Below, in pieces: positions 9,575 through 18,674 of a stretch of 64,000 bases of DNA; position 1 is the first letter of the stretch, and every line of letters begins with the position of its first letter. The notes below the pieces were generated by a model that saw only the letters and a list, made by a program, of their open reading frames with translations, searched no databases and had not been told where the DNA came from. The translations under genes and the position numbers were made by a program. The DNA comes from a virus (taxonomy: Duplodnaviria; Caudoviricetes). The stretch lies in IMG/VR virus record IMGVR_UViG_3300024259_001623. The stretch is one strand, 5' to 3'.

Positions 9575-10092
9575 TATTCTACCTTTATATCAACTAAAAA
9601 CAGGTTATTAATCCTGAATGTCGGAGGACCATCAGTAGGATTCCGCCAAACAGCAATATAATTTTCATACGTATCAATTTCAAACTTAGAGAACAAAGAA
9701 TTAAACGGCAAATACTTCAAACATGTCTCTCCGATCAAAATCGGTTTATTTAACGTTATTTTAGTCCCTTCAATTAAAACATCACTTTTGTCTACATGGC
9801 AACATTTCAAAAATGAAGATAATTGGACTTTTCCTTGTTCTCTATAGATTTGTGTATGCCGTTTCTTTGGTACAGAAACTTCATTAGAATCGTCAGACGA
9901 ATCAGAGGACTCATCTTCATCTTTTTCATCTTTTTCATCTTCATAAGAAACATATTCGCAGATATAGAAATTACCGTCTTGTCTTTTAACGGAATTTTTT
10001 CTTTGCCTTCCTCTGCCTTTAGATTCTCGTCTTAATTCGTTTTCGTTTTGATCAACCCAAATGTATTCTGCCATCGTTCTTCCTTTCGTCAT
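9574..10092 (-). CDS. hypothetical protein
   Basis: 172-aa ORF coupled to the next gene; acidic/Ser linker. Confidence 0.7.
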   Translation of the reverse strand: MTKGRTMAEYIWVDQNENELRRESKGRGRQRKNSVKRQDGNFYICEYVSYEDEKDEKDEDESSDSSDDSNEVSVPKKRHTQIYREQGKVQLSSFLKCCHVDKSDVLIEGTKITLNKPILIGETCLKYLPFNSLFSKFEIDTYENYIAVWRNPTDGPPTFRINNLFLVDIKVE

Positions 10093-10141
10093 AATTATCC
10101 GTAGATAAGAAATTTTTTGAATCTGTTCAGGGAAAATGCAG

Positions 10142-10177
10142 ACAACCCCCCGCTTTATTTCTAAAACGGGGGATTGT
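10142..10177 (-). terminator. intrinsic terminator-like hairpin
   Basis: ACAATCCCCCG-14nt-CGGGGGGTTGT downstream of the SSB-like gene. Confidence 0.6.
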
Positions 10178-10218
10178 TACTTTCCTAAACTTAATTCTTT
10201 TCTTCGTTTGTTACGGCT

Positions 10219-10785
10219 TTAGATATCTAGCGATGTGACTTTGTTTCCTGCTACTTCTGCTACCGAACCGCTTGTTTCTTCTTTAGCAGTATTAAGACCC
10301 AAAAGTCTGTCTTTCATCTCTTCCAAAGTAGGCAACTCTGCTACTTGATCAGCCAGCTTATTCCAAATATCCGTAGGAATAGGCTTGTCAACAACCTTAA
10401 CGCCTTCGGCATTGTATTCTGTATTCAAACCAGAACCAGTCGAAGTCAACTTAACGAAGCTTAACATATTAAGATTACTAACGGTCTTTTGGACGCTTGC
10501 GATGCCCTTTGCAGCCATCTGACCACAGTTACAGACCTTTACCTTCTTTGTTCCTTCATCATCAATGAAAAGTCCATAAAACAAATAACTTGTTCTAGCC
10601 TTTTCACCTGCTACTGGAGGGCGACTTCTGTTCAGTTCGCTGTCAAATACATTTGCATAAGCAACGATTTCGTTGGAGGGGAGAAAAGTTTGAGGAAGGT
10701 TTTTCGCGCTCAAGAAAACTAAATCATCGTTATTTCCCGAACTCTTTTGATCACCGATACTGTTCCAATCTACTGTTGATGACAT
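10219..10785 (-). CDS. putative single-stranded DNA-binding protein (gp32/gp2.5-like)
   Basis: MSSTVDWNSIG...DLVFL N-terminus, KKVKVCNCG strand, LTSTGSGLNTEY hairpin, LPTLEE C-terminal segment; resembles phage SSBs; own promoter and terminator. Confidence 0.5.
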   Translation of the reverse strand: MSSTVDWNSIGDQKSSGNNDDLVFLSAKNLPQTFLPSNEIVAYANVFDSELNRSRPPVAGEKARTSYLFYGLFIDDEGTKKVKVCNCGQMAAKGIASVQKTVSNLNMLSFVKLTSTGSGLNTEYNAEGVKVVDKPIPTDIWNKLADQVAELPTLEEMKDRLLGLNTAKEETSGSVAEVAGNKVTSLDI

Positions 10786-10891
10786 TTTTGACTCCTATGG
10801 GTATTATACCCGATTAATGGAATTGGCCGTATGCCTTTTCCTAGCGTCTTATGGCTTTATGACTGCTATAAAACAATGTCCTTAGCCATAA

Positions 10892-10923
10892 TACTACTTC
10901 GTCAAAAATGCACTTTCTCCTTT
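10892..10923 (-). promoter_or_regulatory. putative phage-sigma promoter (AAAGG-N18-GAAGTAGTA)
   Basis: Motif copy upstream of the SSB-like gene. Confidence 0.55.
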
Positions 10924-10930
10924 AACTTTT

Positions 10931-11209
10931 TTACTTTTCTGAATATTTTTTTATTAAATCACAAATATTATTTCGTACCTCGCATATATCAATTATACCA
11001 TTAATGATATTTAGTTGTTTAGTATCTAAAGTAGTTATGACCAAAAACTGATGAAGAAATTGTGATTGTGCGTATTGTTCATTTTTTGAATCTAATTTCA
11101 TCAAATATTGAACCCTGGCTTGAGGATCAAATAATATAAGTTTTTCTCTTAAATAATTAGTTGCGAATGCTAAATCCGCACCAAATCTCATTGTAATAAA
11201 ATATAACAT
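10931..11209 (-). CDS. hypothetical protein
   Basis: ORF track starts at 11350, but ATG at 11209 follows AAGGAGG and avoids overlap with 11211..11423. Confidence 0.6.
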   Translation of the reverse strand: MLYFITMRFGADLAFATNYLREKLILFDPQARVQYLMKLDSKNEQYAQSQFLHQFLVITTLDTKQLNIINGIIDICEVRNNICDLIKKYSEK

Positions 11210-11210
11210 A

Positions 11211-11423
11211 TTATGCCTCCTTCTTTTCGAAGAATCTTGCTCCTTTACCGCAAAATCCCATAACTCGACATTTAAAATATCCGCCCTGTCTTTGAAGAAC
11301 ACAATTTTTAAACGTAAGTTCTCCACCAGTTGTAGAGTCTGGTCTACCACATTCCAAACCTAAACTCTTAAAACGAGGATCAGATTCGGAATGTTGACAT
11401 TCTGTACATAATTTCTTGCTCAT
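11211..11423 (-). CDS. small Cys-rich hypothetical protein
   Basis: CxxC...C...C...C...CG pattern, GGAG RBS. Confidence 0.65.
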   Translation of the reverse strand: MSKKLCTECQHSESDPRFKSLGLECGRPDSTTGGELTFKNCVLQRQGGYFKCRVMGFCGKGARFFEKKEA

Positions 11424-11435
11424 CTTAGTTCTCCT

Positions 11436-12053
11436 TTAATAACCTCTATACAATCTATTTTTATTAATATAATCAAAAACTTTTTCATCTAAAAGACGCA
11501 AAATATTATCATTACCATGAATTTTTTCTCTTACTTCTGTAGAAGATACTTCCATAATTGGAGTTTTATCTCCCTCATCATTTAAAAAGATGTGCGGAGG
11601 CTTCAAAAACCAATTTACTCCTGGCTTCATCTCTATTCCCTTCCTTGGAATAACAACAAATCTGATCATTTTCTCAAGATATTCATAATTTACCCATTTA
11701 TCAAAATTGTTAGCATTGTCCTGTCCGATTATAAAAGAAAAATCAAACTTATGCTTTGCCCAATCTTCATTTTGCAACCTTTTGACTAAATTATATGTCT
11801 CCCCGCTAAGACAATTTACTATTTCATAATCAGATACTTTAATCCTACCATCAACCTGAGCAGCTAACTTACACATCTCCACTCTTTTATCAGGAGAAAC
11901 CATTGACTTGCCGTACATGTGTTCATAGGCAGGCATCAACCAAACTTGTTGAGTAATTTTCTTATTAAGAATATATTTTGCAACATCTATATGTCCTTTA
12001 GTAACAGGGTTAAAAGCCCCTCCTAATAATCCTATTTTAATCTTTTTTCTCAT
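11436..12053 (-). CDS. nadD: nicotinate-nucleotide adenylyltransferase
   Basis: IGLLGGAFNPVTKGH (HIGH-like), WLMPAYEH, FIIGQDN, VSSTEVR: bacterial NadD pattern. Confidence 0.92.
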   Translation of the reverse strand: MRKKIKIGLLGGAFNPVTKGHIDVAKYILNKKITQQVWLMPAYEHMYGKSMVSPDKRVEMCKLAAQVDGRIKVSDYEIVNCLSGETYNLVKRLQNEDWAKHKFDFSFIIGQDNANNFDKWVNYEYLEKMIRFVVIPRKGIEMKPGVNWFLKPPHIFLNDEGDKTPIMEVSSTEVREKIHGNDNILRLLDEKVFDYINKNRLYRGY

Positions 12054-12777
12054 GTTTCCCTAAATTAGACTCACTAATTTTCCTTTTCCATTCAGATGAG
12101 ATTTCTCTACCTTTTAATTTTTCACTAATTTTTAAACGAGTTTCTTTTGTTTGTTTTTTTCCTAAACGAGATTTGCCTATTTTAGCTTTGTGTTCTTCTG
12201 ATAATTGCCTGCCTTTTAATGACTGACTTATTTTCTCTTTAGTAGAAGAATTTAATTTTCTTCCTTTCAAAGATTTAGATATTTTATCTTTCCATTCCTG
12301 AGTTATTATCCTACCCTTCAATGCTTCGCTTCTTTTTTCTAAAGTTTCTGGACTAATTATTCTACCGATTTGCCTTTCTCTATTTTGTTTTTTAAATTCT
12401 TCTGATCTTTTTAGCCCCTTAGTTGCTTTACTAATTTTATCCCTGATTTCTTCTTTCAAAGGATGATTAGTAAAATTATCTCCTCCATTTCCACCTTCTG
12501 AGATATTATAACCATTTTTTATTGTATCTAACTGCTTTATATAAAATTTTTCTTGAGTATTTAAATTTACTTCATTTTTGATACCATCTTCTATGATTTC
12601 CCAAGAAAATTTATCAAAACCATATTTTCTTATAGCATTATAAAATTTACTTTTATATCCACGTCCATTATTTTCCGCATTCCATTTGTGTTCATATTTA
12701 CGTTTATCAAGGGATTTTGCACATTTACCAATATAAATTTTATTATTAATAACGTTCGTTGCCTTATAAATAAACAT
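12037..12777 (-). CDS. GIY-YIG homing endonuclease with NUMOD3 repeats
   Basis: FIYKATNVINNKIYIG, GYNISEGGNG, repeated KISxSLKGR units. Confidence 0.88.
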   Translation of the reverse strand: MFIYKATNVINNKIYIGKCAKSLDKRKYEHKWNAENNGRGYKSKFYNAIRKYGFDKFSWEIIEDGIKNEVNLNTQEKFYIKQLDTIKNGYNISEGGNGGDNFTNHPLKEEIRDKISKATKGLKRSEEFKKQNRERQIGRIISPETLEKRSEALKGRIITQEWKDKISKSLKGRKLNSSTKEKISQSLKGRQLSEEHKAKIGKSRLGKKQTKETRLKISEKLKGREISSEWKRKISESNLGKHEKKD

Positions 12778-12823
12778 TTTTTCTTCTCCTATATATAAGT
12801 ATGGCTAATATTAGCCTACTAAC

Positions 12824-12854
12824 ATATATTCAGAGAAAAGATATTATATCCTCT
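12824..12854 (-). promoter_or_regulatory. putative phage-sigma promoter (AGAGG-N18-GAATATAT)
   Basis: Motif copy upstream of GIY-YIG/nadD. Confidence 0.55.
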
Positions 12855-13119
12855 TATTTTCTTTAGCCTTTTTTTGCCTTATAATATCTGCTACATCCAT
12901 AGCTACAACAATCAAAAACAATATAGGAAGAATAATGCCAATCAATGATGCAGTACCAAGACACGCAGTAGCCATACCAAAAATAAAACACAAACTATGC
13001 AGAACAACATGTCCTACTCTAGTTACATACTCATTTCCAGATAAAATATGCCAAATAGCTACAGCAACATTTATAAGATATAACAGTCCAGCTATAACAC
13101 TGATATATGGTAACATCAT
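12844..13119 (-). CDS. small membrane protein
   Basis: Three hydrophobic segments, basic C-terminus. Confidence 0.7.
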   Translation of the reverse strand: MMLPYISVIAGLLYLINVAVAIWHILSGNEYVTRVGHVVLHSLCFIFGMATACLGTASLIGIILPILFLIVVAMDVADIIRQKKAKENKRI

Positions 13120-13133
13120 TTCTCCTATTTTTA

Positions 13134-13177
13134 AAAAAACGGGTTACAGATTCGTTAAAACCCATAACCCGTTTTTT
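13134..13177 (-). terminator. intrinsic terminator (possibly bidirectional)
   Basis: AAAAAACGGGTTA...TAACCCGTTTTTT perfect inverted repeat right after the rIIB stop. Confidence 0.75.
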
Positions 13178-13189
13178 ATCAACTAGTTA

Positions 13190-14398
13190 TTACTTTTCGT
13201 TGACTTTGATACCGTTCATAACATAATCAAAATAAACTCTGAAAGTAGTCGTGCCGACTGTGAATGCCTCATCAACGACCTTCTTCCAAACTCTCAGATT
13301 ACTATCCCTATCGACAGTATACGAAGTTACATAATCTTCATCGCCGGCAACCAAATCGGCTTCCAGATACAGCGTATCTTCGTCTACGTATACATAAGCC
13401 GTATCTCCAGGCTTCAGTCCCATTTCCTTAACGAAACAGTTAGGAATACAGAGTCTTCCATAACTGTCTCTGGAAACGATTCTAGGCTCCAAAAGTTCTT
13501 CATCTTCATCAAAATCATCGTCAGCGTCATCCTCTTCGGCGGTATCTTCGTCAGCATCAGCGTCAAAATCGTCAAAAGGATTGACATCTTCATCGCCATC
13601 TTCGTCAAAAGGATCGACAGCGACTTCTTCATCGTCGTTTACGTAATCCTCATCCTGAGCATCAAACAAAGTATCTTGTCTGGGAGCATCGCATTCCTCG
13701 ATGACATCATAACCGCAAGTTCTCATCTTCTCTTGGGAATAGTCAACCGGAACCGATACAACATCGGCAGGATTAACCTTAACCAAAATCAGCTTGCCCG
13801 TAGAACTATAAAACTCCGAAGCATACTTGAATGCGGCAACGTGAAGACCGCTAGAACAAGTAACATTACGATCAGTATTAACGCTCTCTCTTGGCATTTC
13901 CACTCTGGTACCAGGCGAGTTATCAAACTGATGAGTATGCAAATCCTTGAAATCTGCATCTACCTTCTTATAGGCAACGAAACAGCCATCCTTGGTAATT
14001 GGAATACCATTATGGTTCAGGAAATCATACAAATCCGTAACTGCTTCTGGCAGAGGATTGTCTTGGATATTCTCCCAGAACTTAACCAACGGAGAATAAT
14101 CAAGCCCTGCTTCTGCGAACTCGATAACTCTATTGCTCAACGCATTGGGCATAGGAACGGGTTCAACAGCATCAAGGTAAACAATACCATCCAAAACGTA
14201 GAAATCTCCGCATGGATGCTTTTGCAGCTTCGTAGAAACATCAAAAGTCTCCAATGCTTCAACTGGCTTGTTCTGCATTACCAACTTCTTGATCTTTTCA
14301 AACTCAGGATGAGTATTCTTGACAGTTTTCATCCCATCAGAAAAAACCATTACAATCGATTCATCTGTTACAATCGAGTTCACATACTTTCCAGTCAT
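13190..14398 (-). CDS. rIIB: rIIB-like protein with acidic linker and C-terminal AbrB-like domain(s)
   Basis: LVKFWENI..NP...DLYDFL....PIT.DGCFVAYKKV...CSSGLHVA...VKVNPADVVSVP.DY...KMRTCGY; adjacent to rIIA. Confidence 0.88.
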   Translation of the reverse strand: MTGKYVNSIVTDESIVMVFSDGMKTVKNTHPEFEKIKKLVMQNKPVEALETFDVSTKLQKHPCGDFYVLDGIVYLDAVEPVPMPNALSNRVIEFAEAGLDYSPLVKFWENIQDNPLPEAVTDLYDFLNHNGIPITKDGCFVAYKKVDADFKDLHTHQFDNSPGTRVEMPRESVNTDRNVTCSSGLHVAAFKYASEFYSSTGKLILVKVNPADVVSVPVDYSQEKMRTCGYDVIEECDAPRQDTLFDAQDEDYVNDDEEVAVDPFDEDGDEDVNPFDDFDADADEDTAEEDDADDDFDEDEELLEPRIVSRDSYGRLCIPNCFVKEMGLKPGDTAYVYVDEDTLYLEADLVAGDEDYVTSYTVDRDSNLRVWKKVVDEAFTVGTTTFRVYFDYVMNGIKVNEK

Positions 14399-14430
14399 TT
14401 TTTGTTCCTTTCTTAAAATTGCCTTTATAT

Positions 14431-14459
14431 ATTATAGCATTATTTTACGCAGTTTGCAA
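14431..14459 (-). promoter_or_regulatory. host sigma-70-type (early) promoter TTGCAA-N17-TATAAT
   Basis: Near-consensus -35/-10 upstream of rIIB. Confidence 0.65.
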
Positions 14460-16706
14460 CTCTTTTTTCTCTACTTCATCCTCTTTTCTGTCCTCCAGGT
14501 CAGGGATAATCGCCTCTTGAGACTTTTTTAATTGAGATTCTTTTAACAATTCAATTCCGTTTATATAATCTGCAACCTTTTCAGCCATCTTATTCACTGC
14601 TTTAGCATCATAGCAATAAAAGTTCATATTTCTCAACAACGGATATCTTTGTATAACATAATCGTATAAATCTTTCAAATCTGCTCTGGAATTTTTTACT
14701 TCAATAGTAATACCCAACAAACGAGCCATATTCGTAATCTTCTTTTGCAATGCCACATTCTTCTGGCATTCCAAAGACAATTTAAGATACCTAAAGAGTT
14801 CTGTATCTGTATCATTTAACAAAGCTGGCAAGCACTTAAAAACATCTGAGCCATTATAAAGCTGGCCGAATATACTATATTCTATATTAGTCAAACTCAA
14901 GCATTCATCAACAACCTTCTGGTCTTTGATAAGAAGATCAAACTCTTTTCTCATTTTATCTTCTAGTTTAACCCAACCAGCACCAGCCTTTTTGACAAAT
15001 CTTGTTGGGATACCATGCAAATCCCATTTTCTATTAGTACCAAATATATTTAAATGTGTTTGCAAGGCCGTATAAGAGATTCTCTTCTCATTAATAATCG
15101 CCTCTCTATTTTTGATTTCGACATAAACTCCAGTATCATTTGCCAAATCTTTTTCTGTTTCTAACCAGGCTTCAGACTTATAATAAGAATTAGGATTGAA
15201 TTGCCTAACTCTAGTCATTTTGCAACCGCTATTGTTACCGGAACTGCCGAATCTAGCAACTTTAGATTTATCAATAGTAGACAACTTAATATAATCAAAC
15301 TGCTCAAAATTATCAGACTTATCCAAAGAAGCCAAAGCATCTTTAGCCTTTTTAGGATCAACAGGTAGAATAACAGCATACACAAAAGATGTATCAGGCT
15401 CATCATTGAATAAGGTCTGGACTCTTTGAGAACTACCTCTTTTTGTTCCTGTATCATCTACGCAGATAATACTATCTGTCATAAAATCAATAGCCCAAAT
15501 TTCTTTTTTCTTCAAAGAGAATCCACCGATATTATCGGTTTTCATCTCGAATCTATAAGCATTTACTCCATGTTGCCTTACATTCATATTATCATGAGTA
15601 ATTTTAACACCTTTCCATTCAACAGACAAAATTAACTCATTATAATCGTTTCTTATTTTTTTCCAATTACATTTTGCTTCCCAAAGATTTTTGGAATCCT
15701 TGATCTTGTCTTGCAATTTCTCTCTAATTTCATCGTAAACCTCATCCATCCTTTCTGTGAGCTTTACATTTGTTTTGCTTTCTGGACCTTTTCCATAATC
15801 CAAATCTTCTCTATTAGCGGTAACAGATAACTCTCCGACATCGAAGAACATCCTAATTCTATGACCAGCTAATCTTTTATGCTCAGAAGTCATTGAGAAG
15901 GAATGCTGATTTACAGTATATGGAATACCATCAACAATTGCAACAATATTATCTTGAGAATAATAGTTATTGCTCTTACCTTCTACGAACCAATTATCTC
16001 CCTCAAACTCTCTATTAAACTCTTTCCATTTCCAATTTGGATAGCCCTTAATCTCAGGACGAACTTCCCAATACTTTCCAACATGCCTTACCCATTCTTC
16101 AAAGAGATGGAAATCTTTCTCTAGAGCAGTAATAGAAATCTTTGTTCCTTGAGGCTCATCTGTAACCTCAGAAGACGCACAAATCATCTTGCCAATGCCT
16201 GACTCATCAATATAAGCGATATATTGACGACAAACCAAAACATTCTTATGAACCTTAATGACCTTCCCATCAGGAGACTTCTCTTCATAAGATTCAGATG
16301 GAGTTATACTAACAATAGTAAAGGTATCAGTATAAGCGAAAGGAGTTTTCGCTCCCAAGCCGAATCCACCAGTTTGAACATTGTCTATTCTTTTGGTAGA
16401 TGCCCCATACTTAATGAAAATATCAGTCATTCGTTCTGGCGTGATGCCTGGACCGAAATCTTTGATATAGAATTCAGTATCGACACGATTAGGTAACTTA
16501 ACCTCAATAGGTAAATCGCCCTTTCCTACTTCTCTATGAGCATCTCGACCATTGCTCATAATCTCTTGACAGATAGCTTTAATCGGATTGCTATACATCT
16601 TATCTCTGAGGATACTCATAATAATAGCCTTATCGCCAATATCAAAGTAATCCTCAGAGAATTCGCCGGTCTTCTGAATGTTACGCCTTACATCATCAAG
16701 CTTCAT
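14445..16706 (-). CDS. rIIA: rIIA-like protein (N-terminal GHKL/Hsp90-type ATPase)
   Basis: ILRDKMYSNPIKAICQEIMSNGRDAH, IKDFGPGI, YGASTK, GGFGLGAKTPFAYTD; upstream of rIIB. Confidence 0.88.
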   Translation of the reverse strand: MKLDDVRRNIQKTGEFSEDYFDIGDKAIIMSILRDKMYSNPIKAICQEIMSNGRDAHREVGKGDLPIEVKLPNRVDTEFYIKDFGPGITPERMTDIFIKYGASTKRIDNVQTGGFGLGAKTPFAYTDTFTIVSITPSESYEEKSPDGKVIKVHKNVLVCRQYIAYIDESGIGKMICASSEVTDEPQGTKISITALEKDFHLFEEWVRHVGKYWEVRPEIKGYPNWKWKEFNREFEGDNWFVEGKSNNYYSQDNIVAIVDGIPYTVNQHSFSMTSEHKRLAGHRIRMFFDVGELSVTANREDLDYGKGPESKTNVKLTERMDEVYDEIREKLQDKIKDSKNLWEAKCNWKKIRNDYNELILSVEWKGVKITHDNMNVRQHGVNAYRFEMKTDNIGGFSLKKKEIWAIDFMTDSIICVDDTGTKRGSSQRVQTLFNDEPDTSFVYAVILPVDPKKAKDALASLDKSDNFEQFDYIKLSTIDKSKVARFGSSGNNSGCKMTRVRQFNPNSYYKSEAWLETEKDLANDTGVYVEIKNREAIINEKRISYTALQTHLNIFGTNRKWDLHGIPTRFVKKAGAGWVKLEDKMRKEFDLLIKDQKVVDECLSLTNIEYSIFGQLYNGSDVFKCLPALLNDTDTELFRYLKLSLECQKNVALQKKITNMARLLGITIEVKNSRADLKDLYDYVIQRYPLLRNMNFYCYDAKAVNKMAEKVADYINGIELLKESQLKKSQEAIIPDLEDRKEDEVEKKELQTA

Positions 16707-16780
16707 CTGTTTTCCCTTCTAAAAATATAGTTTTCCTTGCCATCCACCGATTTCATGTCGATTTTCAGGGACTTCTGGAA

Positions 16781-17752
16781 TCAGGCTAAAAATTTATTTG
16801 TTAACTGGCAAGCATTGTTGTAATCTTGGCAAACGTCTAAACAGTTTTTATTACAGATGTTATCCTTTTTGCAGTCATGTTTCTTAGACCATTCCATTCT
16901 TTCTTGTCTCATATTCTCTCCGACTTGACCAATGGCTCTACCTCCTTCTCTAAAGTAGATCACACAAGGATAATGCTTACCTTGAACGATCATCGAGTCA
17001 TCTTTAGCAATGTGGCAAACATTAGTATCAATCTTTCTCAAACCTCTGACGTTTCTGCCCTTTTTGATGTTATTGACTCTATACTTCAAAATAGGATGCT
17101 GATTTAAGATTTCATCGCTTATCTTAGAAGCGGACTCTAACAAGAAATTTTCTTGTGCGGAAGAAATTATTCTTATATCAGCCACACCTAATCCATGAGC
17201 GAAGTCAACAATCTTAATCATATTCTTATAATTTTGGTCTGTTATTACAACGCCAACAGTAACATACGTTAACTTAGACAACATCTTAATGTTATCAATT
17301 ACTGTATTCCCAAAATTCTTTTTGCCAGACATCTCATCAATATCTCCAGAGCAACATCCATCTAAAGATATGGAAAAATCATTTACGCCTGCCTTTACCA
17401 ACTCTTTATACAGATCAGCTTTAGCAGAACCATTTGTAGAGATAGCGATTTTTTCTACACCAGCAGACTTTGCCGCCGATACAATCTCGAACAAGCCCTT
17501 GTGAGTTGTTGGTTCGCCACCAGAATATCGTATGTTCTTCAAACCATCAGAAGCCCATAACTGAGTAATTTCGATAGCCCTTTCAGTAGACAAAACGCCT
17601 TGCGCCCCTTTCTTCATGCCTCTACAGTAAGGACACTTGAAATTACATTTGTCTGTGATGATTAATTCACATCTCCACATAGGAGAGGTAGCGCTTACGT
17701 TAACCGCTCTCTCATCGCATAATGTATAAAATCCTATATCTTCCAATTTCAT
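16781..17752 (-). CDS. radical SAM protein
   Basis: ITDKCNFKCPYC, IRYSGGEPT, ISTNGS, ISLDG, C-terminal Cys cluster (SPASM/twitch-like). Confidence 0.9.
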   Translation of the reverse strand: MKLEDIGFYTLCDERAVNVSATSPMWRCELIITDKCNFKCPYCRGMKKGAQGVLSTERAIEITQLWASDGLKNIRYSGGEPTTHKGLFEIVSAAKSAGVEKIAISTNGSAKADLYKELVKAGVNDFSISLDGCCSGDIDEMSGKKNFGNTVIDNIKMLSKLTYVTVGVVITDQNYKNMIKIVDFAHGLGVADIRIISSAQENFLLESASKISDEILNQHPILKYRVNNIKKGRNVRGLRKIDTNVCHIAKDDSMIVQGKHYPCVIYFREGGRAIGQVGENMRQERMEWSKKHDCKKDNICNKNCLDVCQDYNNACQLTNKFLA

Positions 17753-17832
17753 TGTCTTACCCTTTCTAAAAATATTTTGCGTTGCAGTTACCCAAAAAGC
17801 GATTCAGAATTCAGGGATAAAACAGAAAATTG

Positions 17833-18603
17833 CTATTTCAACCTTTTTTGGGCGAAATCTACATATTTTTCATCTATGTCTATCCCAATTCCATTTACAT
17901 TTAATTGTTTTGCTGCCACCATAGTTGATCCGACCCCAACCATAGGGTCCAATACAACCATATCATCTTCAACGCCGTGAAGTTCTATACATTTTTTCGC
18001 TAATGCTACAGGGAAAATCGCTGGATGCTTACCCTTCTCTTTCTTAGAGTTAATAGTATCATAAGGTATGTACCAGACATCCCCAGCACATCGCTTATCC
18101 TTCTTAACGCTTTTCCATCTGTTTACATTACCTTTGAAGGTATATGGAACTCCAACGGACAACCTATCGATTTCGACTTCCCCAGTATTTGTTAAATGAA
18201 AAATATATTCAAAGTTATGATTCAGATATCTTTTGCTATTGATCGGCTTAAAATGCCCGAAACTTTTTTCCCCAATACTAATATTCTTGACCCACATAAT
18301 AGTATTTTGCAGTATAAAATGATTTCTCAATATACCTGACATATCGTAAGGTAGCCAAGGATCGGAACTGGATGCTCCTATATTAAGGAAAAACGAACCA
18401 TTAAGCTTCATAGTTCTTTTAATCTCTACTAATACTTTTTCTACCCATTTAAGATATTCTTTCCTTGGTTTATCATCTTTATACGTATTGTATTTTATTT
18501 TCAGATTATAAGGAAAGCTCGTTACGACAACATCAACCGATTCTTTGTCAATTTCAGGTAACTTTGTTAGACAATCACCTAATATAATATTTTGATTACT
18601 CAT
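17833..18603 (-). CDS. beta-class N4-C/N6-A DNA methyltransferase
   Basis: VVVTSFPYN (motif IV variant), HPAIFP, VLDPMVGVGST, IGIDID. Confidence 0.88.
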   Translation of the reverse strand: MSNQNIILGDCLTKLPEIDKESVDVVVTSFPYNLKIKYNTYKDDKPRKEYLKWVEKVLVEIKRTMKLNGSFFLNIGASSSDPWLPYDMSGILRNHFILQNTIMWVKNISIGEKSFGHFKPINSKRYLNHNFEYIFHLTNTGEVEIDRLSVGVPYTFKGNVNRWKSVKKDKRCAGDVWYIPYDTINSKKEKGKHPAIFPVALAKKCIELHGVEDDMVVLDPMVGVGSTMVAAKQLNVNGIGIDIDEKYVDFAQKRLK

Positions 18604-18674
18604 AAATAATCTCCTTATTATATTAGATCGTACTTCGACTTAAAAAGTATTAATTAGTAATGAAGTGAAGTGAC

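Noticed and set aside
10931-11350. Long version of ORF 10931..11350 overlapping 11211..11423
   Set aside because: A strong AAGGAGG RBS precedes ATG 11209; the upstream extension is an artefact.
1965-12777. Group I introns surrounding the homing endonuclease genes
   Set aside because: The flanking genes (nadE, pncB, nadD) have intact starts and motifs, the intergenic gaps are too short, and no intron core elements were found; the endonucleases look free-standing.
13676-14416. 246-aa plus-strand ORF antisense to rIIB (also 45268..46086 antisense to SPFH and the many 60-130 aa plus-strand ORFs)
   Set aside because: They lie fully opposite well-supported genes and have no RBS or motifs; they are shadow ORFs produced by the codon bias of the real gene.
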